Below, in pieces: positions 22,502 to 35,818 of a stretch of 64,000 bases of DNA; the stretch's first letter is position 1; every line of letters begins with the position of its first letter. The notes under the pieces are model-generated. The model made no database searches and was not told the DNA's origin. It worked only from the letters and a program-made list of their open reading frames with translations. Source of the DNA: Chiloscyllium plagiosum (lineage: Eukaryota); the NCBI RefSeq assembly GCF_004010195.1, contig NC_057719.1:50457008-50521007 (forward strand). Direction: 5' to 3'. Position numbers and translations under genes: made by a program.

Positions 22502-24687
22502 CCTTTGCAGTGATATGTACTTCTTGTCAAATGTGGGAGTTTAAAGAGAGTTTAAGGGTTACTGTGGATTATATCTGCCATAAATGCTGTTGGATGTGAA
22601 TCTTATCAGATTGAGTGAATCGGTTGGAGAGACAGATAGAAGCGATGAGGAATTTGCAACAGCAACAGTATGTGATGGATGGTAGTTATAGGAAGGGGGG
22701 AAAGTCTCAGATACAGTCACACAGATGAGTTAACTCCAGGAAGGGTGAGAGAGGTCGGCACCTAGGGCAGAAGTCTTTTGTAAATATACCAATGTCAAAC
22801 AGTATGGCTGTTTTGGAAAATGTAGGGGGTGATGGATTCTCAGGGGATCGTAGCACGAACAGCCAAGTTTCTGGTATTGAGACTGGCTCTAATGCAACGA
22901 GGGGTACGTCAGCTTCCAAGAGATCAATTGTGTTAGGGGATTCTGTAGTCCGAGGTACAGACAGACGTTTCTGTGGCCAGCAGAGAGAAAGCAGAATGGT
23001 GTGTTGTTTCCCTGGTGCCAGGATCAAGGATGTCTCAGAGAGTGTGTAGAATGTTCTCACGGGGGAGAGGGGCCAGCAGGAGGTCATTGTCCACATTGGA
23101 ACCAACGACATTGGAAGGGAAAAGGTTGAGATTCTGAAGGGAGATTACATAGGGTTGGGCAGAAATTTAAAAAGGAGGTCCTCAAGGGTAGTAATATCTG
23201 GATTACTCCCAGTGCTATGAGCTCGTGAGGGCAGGAATAGAAGGATAGAGCAGATGAATGCATGGCTGAGGAGCTGATGTATGGGAGAAGGATTCACATT
23301 TTTGGATCATTGGAATCTCTTCTGGGGTAGAAGTGAGCTACAACTGAGAACAGAAGTGAGTCAAACAGTCAGGGCAGGGAGGGACAAGGTAGGACTAATA
23401 CATTAAACTGCATTTATTTCAATGCAAGGGGCCTAACAGGGAAGGCAGATGAACTCAGGGCATGGTTAGGAACGTGGGATTGGGATATCATAGCAATTAC
23501 GGAAACATGGCTCAGGGATGGGCAGGACTGGCAGCTTAATGTTCCAGGATACAAATGCTACAGGAAGGATAAAAAGGAAGGCAAGAGAGGAGGAGGGGTG
23601 GCATTTTTGATAAGGGATAGCATTACAGCTTTGCTGAGGGAGGATATTCCCGGAAATACATCCAGGGAAGTTATTTGGGTGGAACTAAGAATTAAGAAAG
23701 GGATGGTCACCTTATTGGGATTGTATTATAGACCCCCCCCCCTACCAGTCAGCGGGAAATTGAGAAACAAACTTGTAAGGGGATCTCAGCTTTCTGTAAG
23801 AATAATAGGGGAGTTATGGTAGGGGATTTTAACTTTCCAAACATCGACTGGGACTGCCATAATGTTAAAGGTTTAGATGGAGAGGAATTTCTTAAGTGTG
23901 TACAAGACAATTTTCTGATTCAGTATGTGGATGTACCTACTAGAGAAGGTGCAAAACCTGACCTACTCTTGGGAAATAAGGCAGGGCAGGTGACCGAGGT
24001 GTCAATGGGGGAGCACTTTGGTGCCAGCGACCATAATTCTATTAGTTTTAAAATAGTGATGGAAAAGGATAGACCAGATCTAAAAGTTGAAGTTCTAAAT
24101 TGGAAATAGGCCAATTTTGAGGGTATGAGGCAAGAACTTTCGAAAGCTGATTGGAGGCAGATGTTCGCAGGTGAAGGGATGGCTGGAAAATGGGAAGCCT
24201 TCAGAAATGAGATAACAAGAATCCAGAGTAAGTATGTTCCTGTCAGGGTGAAAGGGAAGGCTGGTAGGTATAGGGAATGCTGGAAGACTAAAGAAATTGA
24301 GGGTTTGGTTAAGAAAAAGAAGGAAACATACGTCAGGTATAGACAGGATAGATCAAGTGAATCCTTAGAAGAGTATAAAGAAAGTAGGAGTATACTTAAG
24401 AGGGAAATCAGGAGGGCAAAACGGGGACATGAGATAGCTTTGGCAAATAGAATTAAGGAGAATCCAAAGGGTTTATTTACAAATACATTCAGGACAATAG
24501 TATTCCATTTGCCATTTTCCAGTCCTCTGGGATTCCTGAAAATCACCATCAGTGCCTCACATCTATTTCCGTCAGAACTCTGGGGATAGTCCATCTAGTC
24601 TGGATAATTTAACCACCTTTTTATCTTGCAGCTTCCCCAGCACCTTCTCCTTTGTGATGGTCAGTACTCCCACCTCTACCCCCTGAC

Positions 24688-24985
24688 TGGCTCAGTGGTT
24701 AGCACTGCTGCCTCACAGCACCAGCATCCCAGGTTCAATTCCAGCCTTGGGAGACTGTGTGGAGTTTGCACATTCTCCCTATGATTGCGTGGGTTTCCTC
24801 CGGGTGCTCTGGTTTCTTCCCATAGTCCAAAGATGTGCAGGTCAGGTGAATTGGCCGTACTAAATTGTCCATAGTGTTAGGTGCATTAGTGAGAGGGAAA
24901 TGAGTCTGAGTGGGTTACTCTTTGGTGTTGACTTGTTGGGCCAAAGGGCCTGTTTCCACGCTGTAAGGAATCTAATCTAATCTAA
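24688..24985 (+). mobile_element. HE1-type SINE, slightly 5' truncated
   Basis: TGGCTCAGTGGTTAGCACTGCTGCCTCACAG...GGAATCTAATCTAATCTAA. Confidence 0.9.
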
Positions 24986-26448
24986 ACTCTGGTATGCTGC
25001 TGGTGTCTTGCACTGTGAAAACTGATGCAAAGTATTTATTCCGTTCTTCTGCTATTTCTTAGCTTCTTATTACTACTACTCGTTTTCCAGTGATCCAATG
25101 TCCATTCTTGCCTTCTTAAATTTGTGACATATAAAAAAAATCTTGCAGTCTTTGTTTATATTATTGGCTGGTTTACTCTCATATTTCATCTGCTCTGAAA
25201 ATAACCTGTATTGATGAAGTTAGTGGCTGTCACCAATGACTTTACGGTTTACCTGTGATGTCACTGTTTTGTGCTAAGCCACTGATCCTGGGTTTCAATT
25301 TACCCTGTTAAGTAAACCATACAAATTATGAATTGTCTCCTTAAATATTTGCCAGTATTTGCTTACTGTCTTACCTGCTAATCTATCTACCCCATCCACT
25401 TCAGCTAACTCTGTCCTAATTTCATTGTAATTCCCTTTGTTTAAGTTAAATATACTTGTTTTGGACCCAAGTTTCTTGCTCTTGAACTGAATTTTAAGTT
25501 CTTGCCACTTCCTGGGGGATCTTTGACTCTGAGTTTATTTATTAAACCTGCTTCATTATCTATTACCAGATCCAGATTAGCCTGTTCCCTGGTTGACTCC
25601 ATGAAACATTGCTCTCAAAGTATCCCTCATGCGCTGTCTGAGTTTGTTGTCAGAACTACCTTTTCTAACTTGATTGACCAAACAACATGAAAGTTAAATT
25701 CACCCATAATTATAACTCCCTTTTTACACGCTCCTATTATTTGTTGATTTATAATTTTTTCTGTGGTTATCTTTTAGGTGCCTAAACACTAATTCTACCA
25801 GTGTTTTCTTTACTATTATTTACTTCCATACAAGTGGACTGTTTATCACCTGAGCTTGGGCCATCTCTCATGACTGTCCTCATTTGATCCCTTATTAATA
25901 GTGCTACTCCACTGCCTTTGCCTTCCCTCCACTCTTTCTGAAAGTTAAATTCACAGTTCTGATCTCTTGTAACTATGTCTTTGTAATGGCTACAAGATAA
26001 TTTACTTCAATTTGTGTCATCAGTTCACACCAAATTTTCCCTCAAAAACTCTGGAGCTGGATTTGTAGTCTGCTGTTTATCTTCTTCCCGATCTCTTGAA
26101 AGTTGATTGGAGGATCCATTTTCCTTTCTAAGTCATTGCGTCAATATATACTACATCTTCTGATTGTTGTCTGTCCTTGTTGACCGCTGTGCACCTGCTC
26201 TGACACAAAGATTTACCAATACAAAAAAAAACTAGGCTTCCTAATTAAAGAGAGAAAGACTTGGATTTTTACAGCAAACTCAAAATGCTCAGAATGACTT
26301 AAGTGCTTTTAGTCACTTGAAACTCACTGAAGAAAATTTCTCAAGAAATGAGAAAGCAAGTCGGCCATTTGTTTTGAAAATCTTTTCTTGATTCCAATTT
26401 TGTAGATTTAAAAATTTACTGATTGATTTTGCATTTTATAAAAAGCAG

Positions 26449-26524
26449 CGTTCAAATTCGAATCATGAACAACTAACTGAAGGATGCCTTCTGATGGAGC
26501 CAGGAGATGGCAGCACACACGAAG
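26449..26524 (+). CDS. KIAA0586: Candidate KIAA0586 coding exon 3 (phase 0 to 1)
   Basis: Branch-like TACTGAT and T-rich tract before AAGCAG|; donor AAG|GTATAA; open RSNSNHEQLTEGCLLMEPGDGSTHE; supplies the phase bridge needed between 16860 and 31395. Confidence 0.5.
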
Positions 26525-28999
26525 GTATAACCATGCACAGACATTTTCGATTTGGTTTTTCGTATGTTCTGAGAGTATAAATATGTGAAATAGATTCAAG
26601 GTTTACAGTTACTCAGTTTAAAATGTGTGTTCTCTTTCAGTTAATAGAGCAAAATAGGCACGCAAGGAGTTTAGTTATGATTGATATAAATATTGCTTTA
26701 TGCAAATCCCACCAGAAATGCAATTTTAAGAGCAGATGATAAACTTAGTTTCTGTTATAATCGATGAATTTTGTGCTTTACATATGATAGTGGCTACAGC
26801 GCAACGTTTGTTTAATTTTGAAACTAGAAGTATAGGGACAAGAGTAAATCATTCAGCCCCTTGAACCTTTTTTCTCATTCAGTTATATAGTGACTCATTT
26901 ATATCTTTATTTTGTTTATTCATCATGTAGCTTTAACCTTTAATATGTTGCCTCGCTAAAAATCATCAGTCTCATTTGTAACTTTCAGTTGATCAAGAAC
27001 CAGCAGTCATTTTGGGGACAGTACATATGTCAATTAACCTGTTAATGAAGAAGTGGGCTCAATTTTACCAGTCTTTTGAGAAAGGGTTGAGGGCAGGTTT
27101 GACGATTGATGGGCCTGTAAGATAATGAGGAAAGTGGGAGATGGAGTGCTTGATATCTTCCCACTGCCTTGCCATCCAGCTAATGGTATGTAAGGTTTGG
27201 ATGCCTTTCCTGCCCAGAGGCCAATTAAAGCCTGAAGGCATTAGTATATTTTAAGCAGAAATGTGCCTTCCACTGAGAGGTGAGCCCACTATTCTGGGCA
27301 CTTTTTGGCCCAAAGAAGTGTCCTACAGAGATTGTGGGTGCCACATTAGCTGTGGCTTCACTTGCCCTCACCAACTCCTCTCTTTCCATTAGACTGTTGC
27401 CTGGCCTGCCTGATTGGCCTTGATAACCCCAAATCACTTGTAACTGCTCCTTCCAGAGTGTCTGTTTTACCTGCTGCAGGTTTAACCCAGTTGGCAGAGT
27501 GCTGACGACTCTGCTGACTCTAATTAATAGCTGGATGCTAACTCTCAAGGTTATACTCCCTTATATTGGATTCTCTCAGAGTCCACTTGCCACTAAACAA
27601 CACTTTCCTCTACCACAGTGAAAGTATTGTTTTCCCTTTACATAAGTATTTTTATGAATTATCCTGATATGTGCAAGACAAAAAAACTTGGAAATATGAA
27701 AAAGATTGTTTTGTGCTCTCTCTCTATTTTTCAACATCCTTTAATCATTTTAAGCAGTACTTCATTAACTAGATCTGGTGGGTTGGTGGGGAATGCCATT
27801 TTTTCAGACTATGCAATCTGTCCCCTAATTTTGCCCTTTCACCCAAGCAATGTTCTGTCAATCTGCTCTACATTTCCTCAAAACTAATATGTTTTCCTGT
27901 AGTATGGTGCCCAGAACTGTATGTAGTACTCCAAATGCAGCCTAACAAAAGCTTTATATCACTATAACACACCTTTTTTTGGTTTGAGTTTCCTTATCAA
28001 AAAGACCAGAATTTCACCCAAGTGTTTGTTTGTACCCGTGCTTTGTTTTTAGTAATTTCTGTAAACGCACCTTAAGTGGTCTCTTCTTCCAGTTCTTAGC
28101 TTCACATTGTTTGGAAAATATGTTGGTATGTCTGACCTGTATACAAAGACATTATCTCACATCAGCCAAATTGAATTTCATTTGCCACAATGGTACCTAT
28201 TCATATAGTTATTTAGTAGTGTAGAACTTGAGCCTTGCTGAAAAAAGACGCCTTCTGCCAAAGCTTTTTGTCTTGTACTCACCAGGATAGATGAGAAGAA
28301 GATGAATATAAATGGAAAATGACATTTATAATGTGGGAGAGGGAAGTGTTAATTGGTTGGCAAATGAACTCTGGTGGAGATGTTGCCATAGAGAATTCAC
28401 CAGTTCATGACAACTGACAATTAACTGCTGAGCTTTGTGTAAAATTTTAAACCCTGCAGGTTGAGTCTAGTCAAAGTATTAGCTTGGAAAGTGATCCAGC
28501 TGTCTCACATTTTGTTGAGTTAAAGCAAGTGTTGAGTGTGCACATGTTCTTTGTCTCTCAAAATGTGTGGTCACCTCAAATTTCCCTTACTTCTGTGCAG
28601 CGCAGATCCCTCTCCCTGACCAGTTCCCTTTGCTTTGATGTCAGCTTCAACCCTCAGACTCATAGCCATCAGCATGACCCCTCCGGCCTGGACATTGCCT
28701 ATCCAATACATACTGGCCTGAATCCATGGTTCTGGAACTGACTCCATCCTGCCAAGCCATCCATCTCCCCAGCTCTCAAACCCCACCCCACCCAAATATG
28801 TCCAGATCAGAAATCTAAATCAAAATTGTTGTTTTCTAATTTCATCTGAACAAGATTACTATTTTCTAATTCCAGTCGGTAGGATGCAAGAGTTGTTCTT
28901 AACTATGAAAGAAACAAATTATAATATGCAGTTGGTGTCATGCATTTCCAACTTTGTAATTGAGAGTCCTACTTTAGATTACCTCTGTAGTACGTATTG

Positions 29000-31146
29000 G
29001 GTTGAGGCAACATAGCTGACGAGGGAAGTCAGGGATAGCATAGAAGCAAAAGAGAAGCAAAAAATGTGCTGAATGACAGTGGGAAACAGGAGGATTAGGA
29101 AGCTTTCAAAGACCAATAGAGGACAATGAAAAAAGAAATAAGGAGGGAGAAAATTAAATATGCGGGTAAGCTAGCCAATCATATAAAGGAAGACTGTAAG
29201 AGTTTCTTTGGATATATAAAGAGCTAAAGATAGGCAAAAGTGGATACTGAGCCACTGGAAAATGATGTTGGAGAGATAGTAGACAGGAACAAGGAAATGG
29301 CAGAGGAACTGAACAATTACTTTGCGTTTGTCTTCACCGTGGAAGACAAGCGTAATATCCTAAAAATTCAAGAGAGTGAGGGGCCAGAGCTGAGTATGGT
29401 GGTCATCATAAGGAGAAGGTGCAAGAAAAACTGAATGGCCTGAAGGTGGATAAATCACCTGGACCAGATGGACTACACCTCAGAGTTCTAACGGAGATAG
29501 CTGAAGAGATAGTGGAGGCATTAGTGGTGATCTTTCAGGAATCAATAGAATCAGGTAGAGTCCCAGAGGACTGGAAAATTGCAAACGTGACACCCCTGTT
29601 TAAAAAGGGAGTAAATCAAAAGATGGAGAATTACAGACCTTGGTCGTGGGTAAGATCCTGGAATCCATTGTGAAGGGTGAGATTTCTGAATACTTGGAAG
29701 TGTATGGTAGAATAGGACAAAGTCAGCCTAGTTTCATCAAAGGGAGGTGATGCCTGATAAATCTGCTAGAATTCTTTGAAGAAGTAACAAACAGGTTAGA
29801 CCAAGGAGAATAAATGGATATTATCTACCTGGATTTCAAGAAAGCCTTTGTCAAGGTGCCACACAGGAGGCAACTGTGTAAGATAAGGGCTTATGGTATC
29901 AGAGGCAAAGTACTAGCCTGGATAGAAGCTTGGCTGTCTGGCAGGAAGCAGAGAGTGAGGATAAAAGGGTCCTCCTCAGCTTTGCAACCAGTGACAAATG
30001 GTGTTCTGCAAAGCTCAGTGTTGGGACCACAACCTTTCACTTTCTGTACTAACGATCTGGATAAAAGAACTGAGGGCATTCTTGCTAAGTGTGCAGATGA
30101 TACAAAGATAGGTAGAAGCACAGGAGGCGGGGTGGGGAGGGAGCTGCAGAAGGAATTTGGACAGGTGAGGAGAGTGGACAAAGAAGTGACAGATGGAGTA
30201 CGTGATGGGAAAGTGTGAAGTTATGCACTTTGGTAGGAAGAATAGAGGCATGGGCTATTTCTGAATGGGGAGAAAATTCAGAAGTCTGAAGTGCAAAGAG
30301 ACTTGGGAGTTCTAGTGCAGGATTATCTCAAGATAAACTTGTAGGTTGAAAGGCAAATATAATGTTGACATTTATTTTGAGAGGACTTGAATATGCAAGC
30401 AGGGATATACTTCTGAGGCTCCATCAGGTTCTGGTCAGACCACATTTGGAGTATTGTGTGCTATTTTGTGCTCCATATCTCAGGAAGAATGTATTGGGCC
30501 TTGGACTGCGTTCAGAGGATGTTCATGAAAATGGTCCCAGGAATGAAAAGCTTAATGTGAGGAAAATTTGAGGACTCTGGGTCTATACTCGATGGAGTTT
30601 AGCAGGATGAGGAGAGATCTGATTGAAACATACAGAATACTGAATGGCCTGGAAGGAGTGGATGTTGGGAAAATGTTTCCATTGGTAGAACAGACTGGGA
30701 CCTGAGGGCACAACCTTAGAGCAAAGTGAAGACCTTTTAGAATGGAGATGAGGAGAAACCTCTTCAGCCAGAGAATGATGAATCTATGGGAATTCATTGC
30801 CACAGAAGGCTGTGGAGGCAAGGCCGTTGAGTGTATTTAAGACTGAGATAGGTTCATGATTGTCAAGGGGATCAAGGGTTACGGGAAGGAGGTGGGAGAA
30901 TGGAGATGAGAAACTGATCAGTTTCCAAGAGTGTGGTACTAGAAAAGCACAGCTGGTCAGTTTCTCCTGCTCCTCGGATGCTGCCTGGTCTGCTGTGCTT
31001 TGCCAGCACGACATGCTTCGATTTTTATCTCCAGAATCTGCCATCCTCAATTTCTCCTGAGAAACATATCAGCCATGATTGAACGGTGGAGCAGACTCAA
31101 TGGGCTGAATGGCCTAACTTCTGCTCCTATGTGTTATGGTCTTATG
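29000..31146 (+). mobile_element. CR1 LINE ORF2 (RT) to 3' end, with nested Penelope inverted pair ~30922-31059
   Basis: KSPGPDGLHLRVL, DIIYLDFKKAFVKVPH, KCADDTKIG, VRPHLEYCV; tail TTATGGTCTTATG; nested insert flanked by GAGAAAC..ATCAG repeats. Confidence 0.88.
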
Positions 31147-31394
31147 GGATGGTAGGATTGGGTCTATTTAACTTATGGAGGTTTAATAAAATCCTGGAAA
31201 GGTAAGTATTCTCCACACCTTACAAGTATACAGATAAATAGAGGGAGGACCACTTCCTTTTCTCAAACCTCCAAGTTAGCTGACACAAGCATGGTAGAAA
31301 GATGTTCTGTATAAAGGCATCTGTGGTTGTCTTGGATTAATTATGCTATGTGACTTGCAATGGTAAAATTGTAATCTGAATTCTCATTATGTAG

Positions 31395-31461
31395 GAAATG
31401 ATGTTTTGATTTCCCATTATACCAAAGGACAGAAAGAAGCAAAGAAAGCTATTGTCAAGAG
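31395..31461 (+). CDS. KIAA0586: KIAA0586 coding exon (phase 1 to 2)
   Basis: GNDVLISHYTKGQKEAKKAIVK resembles recalled human [26 protein letters not shown]|G acceptor, AG|GTACGT donor. Confidence 0.9.
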
Positions 31462-31981
31462 GTACGTTGTTTGGCAGCTATTTTAATATCTTGTACTATT
31501 TCTGAGTGGAACAAACAAAAATCAATACATAATCTCATCTTCATTCAAACCCATACTCAGAAATGTACCTTTGGTTTGAGAAAAAAAACATGAGATAACT
31601 TTTGTGTTAAATTATTTTCCTTTGCTTTGGAAGTGCTGGCTCACTGTACATAACCACATTGTTACAACACGGAGACAACCAAATCAAATTAACTTCGCCC
31701 TTCCTGTATTTACAACACAGTAAAATTTAATACTCAATGAGCCTCAAAATTCCCCTAATAGTTCTTAACCAGACTTCTTGAATAACAAATCAGACACCAA
31801 GTTTATGGCTTAAACAAAAGAGTTAACAGTTTGTTAATAATACAATAGCATTTACAGAGCAAAATTAAGCAAGGTAATTGAATAAAATTAACGAAGAACT
31901 GTGAATGCTTGAAATCTGAAACAAAATAAGAAATTGCTGAAGAAACTCAGGTCTGGCAGCATCTGTGGAGTGAAAGCAGAG

Positions 31982-32015
31982 TTGATGTTTCAGGTCCAGT
32001 GACCCTTCATCAGAA
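31982..32015 (-). ncRNA. Hammerhead ribozyme motif in a short Penelope-type element (~31895-32015)
   Basis: Reverse complement TT-CTGATGA-AGGGTCACTGGACCT-GAAAC-ATC. Confidence 0.55.
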
Positions 32016-32239
32016 GGTAATCTAATTAATATTTGTGATTTAAACCCAATCTTCTTTGATTCTAATCCCCACTCAGACAGACAGAGAGATGCGTTTAAGC
32101 GATAAACTAGGGAAAAGTAAATGAGATGTTGTAAATGGGATCGTATCTTGTTTGGTTTGCTTGATTCTGGTTATTGCAAATAGCTTCCAATAGGCTCTGA
32201 GGAATATTCACATTTATAATTGAGATTCTGTTCTCTTTA

Positions 32240-35048
32240 CTTTCTAATCATCTTCCCTTATTGATTATTGTACCTGCAATGATTCATGAACAAGAACATT
32301 CAGAACCTTTCACCATTTAAAACCCATTCCGCCTTTCTTTTTTTCTACCAAAGAGAATAATTTGGTTCTTGGTTACATTAAATTCCACCTGTCCATTGCC
32401 TGGCTTGTCCAGGTCCCTTGAAAGCCTCCTTGCATTTTTCTCTTTACTTTGTACTCCCACCTGATTCTGTCATCACTAATCTTGGAACCATTGCAAATTG
32501 TTCCCACATCCATATCATTGATGTGGATTGAGGAGCTGTGAGCCTTGCACTGATCCTTGTAGTATTCCATTCGGAGAATGACTTGTTTCTTGCTACTCTC
32601 TGCTTTCTGTCTGTTAACCAGTTCTCAATCTGTACTAATACATTGTCCCCAAATCTAATGTTCTAATTTTGTTTACTGACCACTACATGAGGCCTTTTTA
32701 TTATAAGGCTTTTGAAAGTCCATGTACACTACATCAGGTCCTTGATACATGCTTCTAATAATATCCTGAAAAGACACCAACAGGCTTGTCAAACATAAAT
32801 TGATTTATGAAAATGAAATTTGATTCTGCCCAACACTACTATTATGTTATAAGCATCTAATGACTGCATCATTTATGGTGGATTCTGATGTCTTCCCCAC
32901 TAACGACATCAATCGAACAGTTTTGTCGTTCTTCTTTCTCCCTCTTCCCCACCCCTTCTAAAATAGCAGGGTTACTTTTGCCATTTTGCAGTCTGCAGGA
33001 ACCCTCCCAGAATCTATGGAATTTTGCAAGATAACCACTTGTGCATATGCTATTTTTCTACTCGCATTCTTTAGTACTCTGAGACGTAGCTCATCTGGTA
33101 CATAAAATTTATCACTTTTCAATTGTTTTAAATTTTCAAGTTCTTTGCTAATACTAATTTCTTTCAGTTCTTCAGTTTCACTTCAATGCCTAATATTTCT
33201 GGGAGATTTTATATATCTTATTCCATGAACATAGATGAAAACTAATTGTTTAGTTTCTATGTTCTCCATTATAAATGCTCTTGTCTCCATATATAAAAAA
33301 ACTACATATTTCCGAGCAATATTTCTCTTTCGCAAGAAGCTCTTGCAGTTCTTCAATCTAATGTTTTTTGTTCGCTTGCAGTCATATTCTCTTTTCCCTT
33401 TCTTCATTCATTCTCTTGATTATTCTTTGCTGGGTTTTAAACTGTTCCCATTCCTCAGCCTTACTATTTTTTCTAGCATCCCTCTAAATTATTTCCTTTG
33501 ACCTAATCTAATATTCAACTTTTTTTTAAACCAGAGATTATTTCTATTCATTTCTGTCTGGGTATTTGTTTTGGAGGCATTAATATTTCTTGTAAGTCAT
33601 TTACTCCTCCTTTAAATGCCAGCTATTGTCTATCTACTCTGAAATCACTTACTGGATTTTCCCAATCCATTATTGTCAATATGCATCTCATATCTTATTA
33701 ATTTCCTTTTGTTCAAATTTAGGACCCTATTTACAGAATGAAAAATATCACATTTAAACTTGCTGTGAAATTCTATTATATTATAATCATTATTTTCCAA
33801 TGACGACTTTACAACAAATCAAAATAGCCTGATTCCTAATTTGTTTTTCCAGTGCATTGCTCTAGAAATCCAGCTGGTGGACACTCCAGGAATTCACCTT
33901 CTATGGCTTATTGCTGATTAGGTCGACCAAGTCTGTTTGTAAATTTGAAATTACTTTATTATTGTTGCATTACCACATTACATGCGTCTGATTTCCTGAG
34001 TGATATTATGCCCAACATTGCCATTATTATTTTGTAGTTTATTGAACAATTCCCACCAATATTTGCTGACCCCTGCTGTTTCTTAACCCCACCCAAACTG
34101 ATCGTATATCTTGATCATTTGATCCTCTTTCTTAACATGCTCATCTTGTCTCTGAAAAAGATGCTATTCATTTTCTTTTTCTTTTTGTCTATTCTTTTTA
34201 AAAAATGAATGTTCTTGGATACACCATTTCCAATACTGGTCATACTTTAGTGGCAGTTCAATCATAAACAAGTACCTCAATTTGTGCCTTCAAATAATCA
34301 ACCTTTATTGAAATGCTAAATGAATTTGGATGAAGTGCCTTTAATTCTGATTATTTTATTATTAATCTTAATTCTGATTTTATTTGAGGTTTGTTTTTGC
34401 ACTGTCTATTTTCCAGTTTTGCTTATTACTTTTGTATTTCAGTTTTGCTTCTCTCCTGTGTGAGGTTCCTCTCTGGTTTCTATACCATTGTCAGGCTGGT
34501 TTAAACCCTCCTCAACAGCACGAGCAAATCTTCCTGCGAGGATTAGTCCAGGTCATATTAAGATGCAACAGTAGAAGGAACTTTCTTCTACTGTTTGCAC
34601 TGTCCACTGCTTGATTTTTACTTTGATACAGATAAGCTGTCTTCTCTTTTCGTTTAATTTATTTATAAAGCGAAGGTATGGCAGGATGGATCAGCGAAAC
34701 GTGTGCCTGTGGTGTGGGAAGTCATGATGTACCACGTGTCCTTGACAAACAAGCCTGTAAGAAGTGTTAGCAGCTTCACAACCTTGAGTTCCAAGTTTCC
34801 AAACTCGAGCAGGGGCTGGAGATACATCTTGTACAGGTCAAACCCAGAACTCGCTCCCGAGTCTCAGAAATCTAATGCCCTTCCTTGTCCTCCAGTTCTC
34901 TAGTCTCACATTCCATCAATTAAGTGTAATATTTCTGATGTTTCCTTGCAAATGGGACTTGGAATAATCCTGAGATCATTGCCTTTGAGGCTCTATTTTC
35001 TAACCTCCTCCCTAAAATCTGCTTTCAACTCCTAATACCTTTCCTACC
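32240..35048 (-). mobile_element. Old CR1 LINE, continuing at 42144-~42900 beyond the Gypsy insertion
   Basis: Degenerate RT/EN motifs; ORF1 esterase-like sequence is contiguous across the Gypsy TSD (VIGYSLVRGIERCFSG at ~42290-42335). Confidence 0.65.
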
Positions 35049-35818
35049 TGAGGCCAGACCCCTCCAAAACATTTGAAAAAAGTGGCCCTGACCCTAAGTT
35101 TGCTAGTTGTCTTAAGCAACATAGACATTCCAGAAGGGATACAGTTGGTCAAATCACGTAGTTTTAAAGAAAACAGAATTTATATACAAGATTACCGAAT
35201 GAAACACAAACAAAAGACAACAGAAAAATGAATAACTTAATCTATCTGACAACGCACCAGATCATCCCAACTTATTGCTGTTTCAAATATTTGCAACAAT
35301 CCCCACCCCATTGCACAAAAGGTAAAATCAAACACAAGGTCTTACAGGAGATAAGTTTGAGGGAGAGTACCAGTCTGAACCTGCTTCTTTGGATCCAGCA
35401 GCTTCAGAACACTACTGTGCTAAAACCAAACCAAACCAAACCAGAGAAAAGCTGAGCTGAAAGAACTGGCCACTCCCCCTTCATTGTACAAGTGTTTCTT
35501 TTAAAAATACTTAGGCTTTTGCCCACAGTAACTGTTTGCTATAATCAAACTGGCTGTAAAACCATTGAACTTAGACATTTTGGGGGGGGGGGGGGGTGTC
35601 TTTTACGACCTCTCTTGGGGGGGGAAAAGAAACAATAACAACATAACCCTGTTAAAAGAGCAGCATCGTTCCACCTCCTCCCTTGAATAAGAAGCACTAT
35701 CAATACCCAAAGATATTCATTTTAAAACCCCTTAATCTTAAACTGTTAATACTCTACAACACACATATATGTTACATTGACTATAAACATGCAAACATGC
35801 ACAACTATATTCTGTTTC

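Larger units (their letters stand above)
20410..24495 (+). mobile_element. 5'-intact CR1 LINE (5' UTR, ORF1 with esterase, ORF2 APE endonuclease), 3' truncated and disrupted
   Basis: ORF1 esterase IVLGDSVVRGTDRRFCG...VCCFPGARIKDV, VHIGTND; ORF2 YFNARGL, AITETWL, VGDFNFPNIDW, SDHNSI. Confidence 0.88.

Noticed and set aside
23920..24594. 224 aa hydrophobic minus-strand ORF
   Set aside because: Antisense shadow of purine-rich CR1 ORF2.
26641..26740. Strong acceptor CTCTTTCAG| followed by a short open frame
   Set aside because: Reaches TGA without a convincing donor; no TALPID3 similarity.
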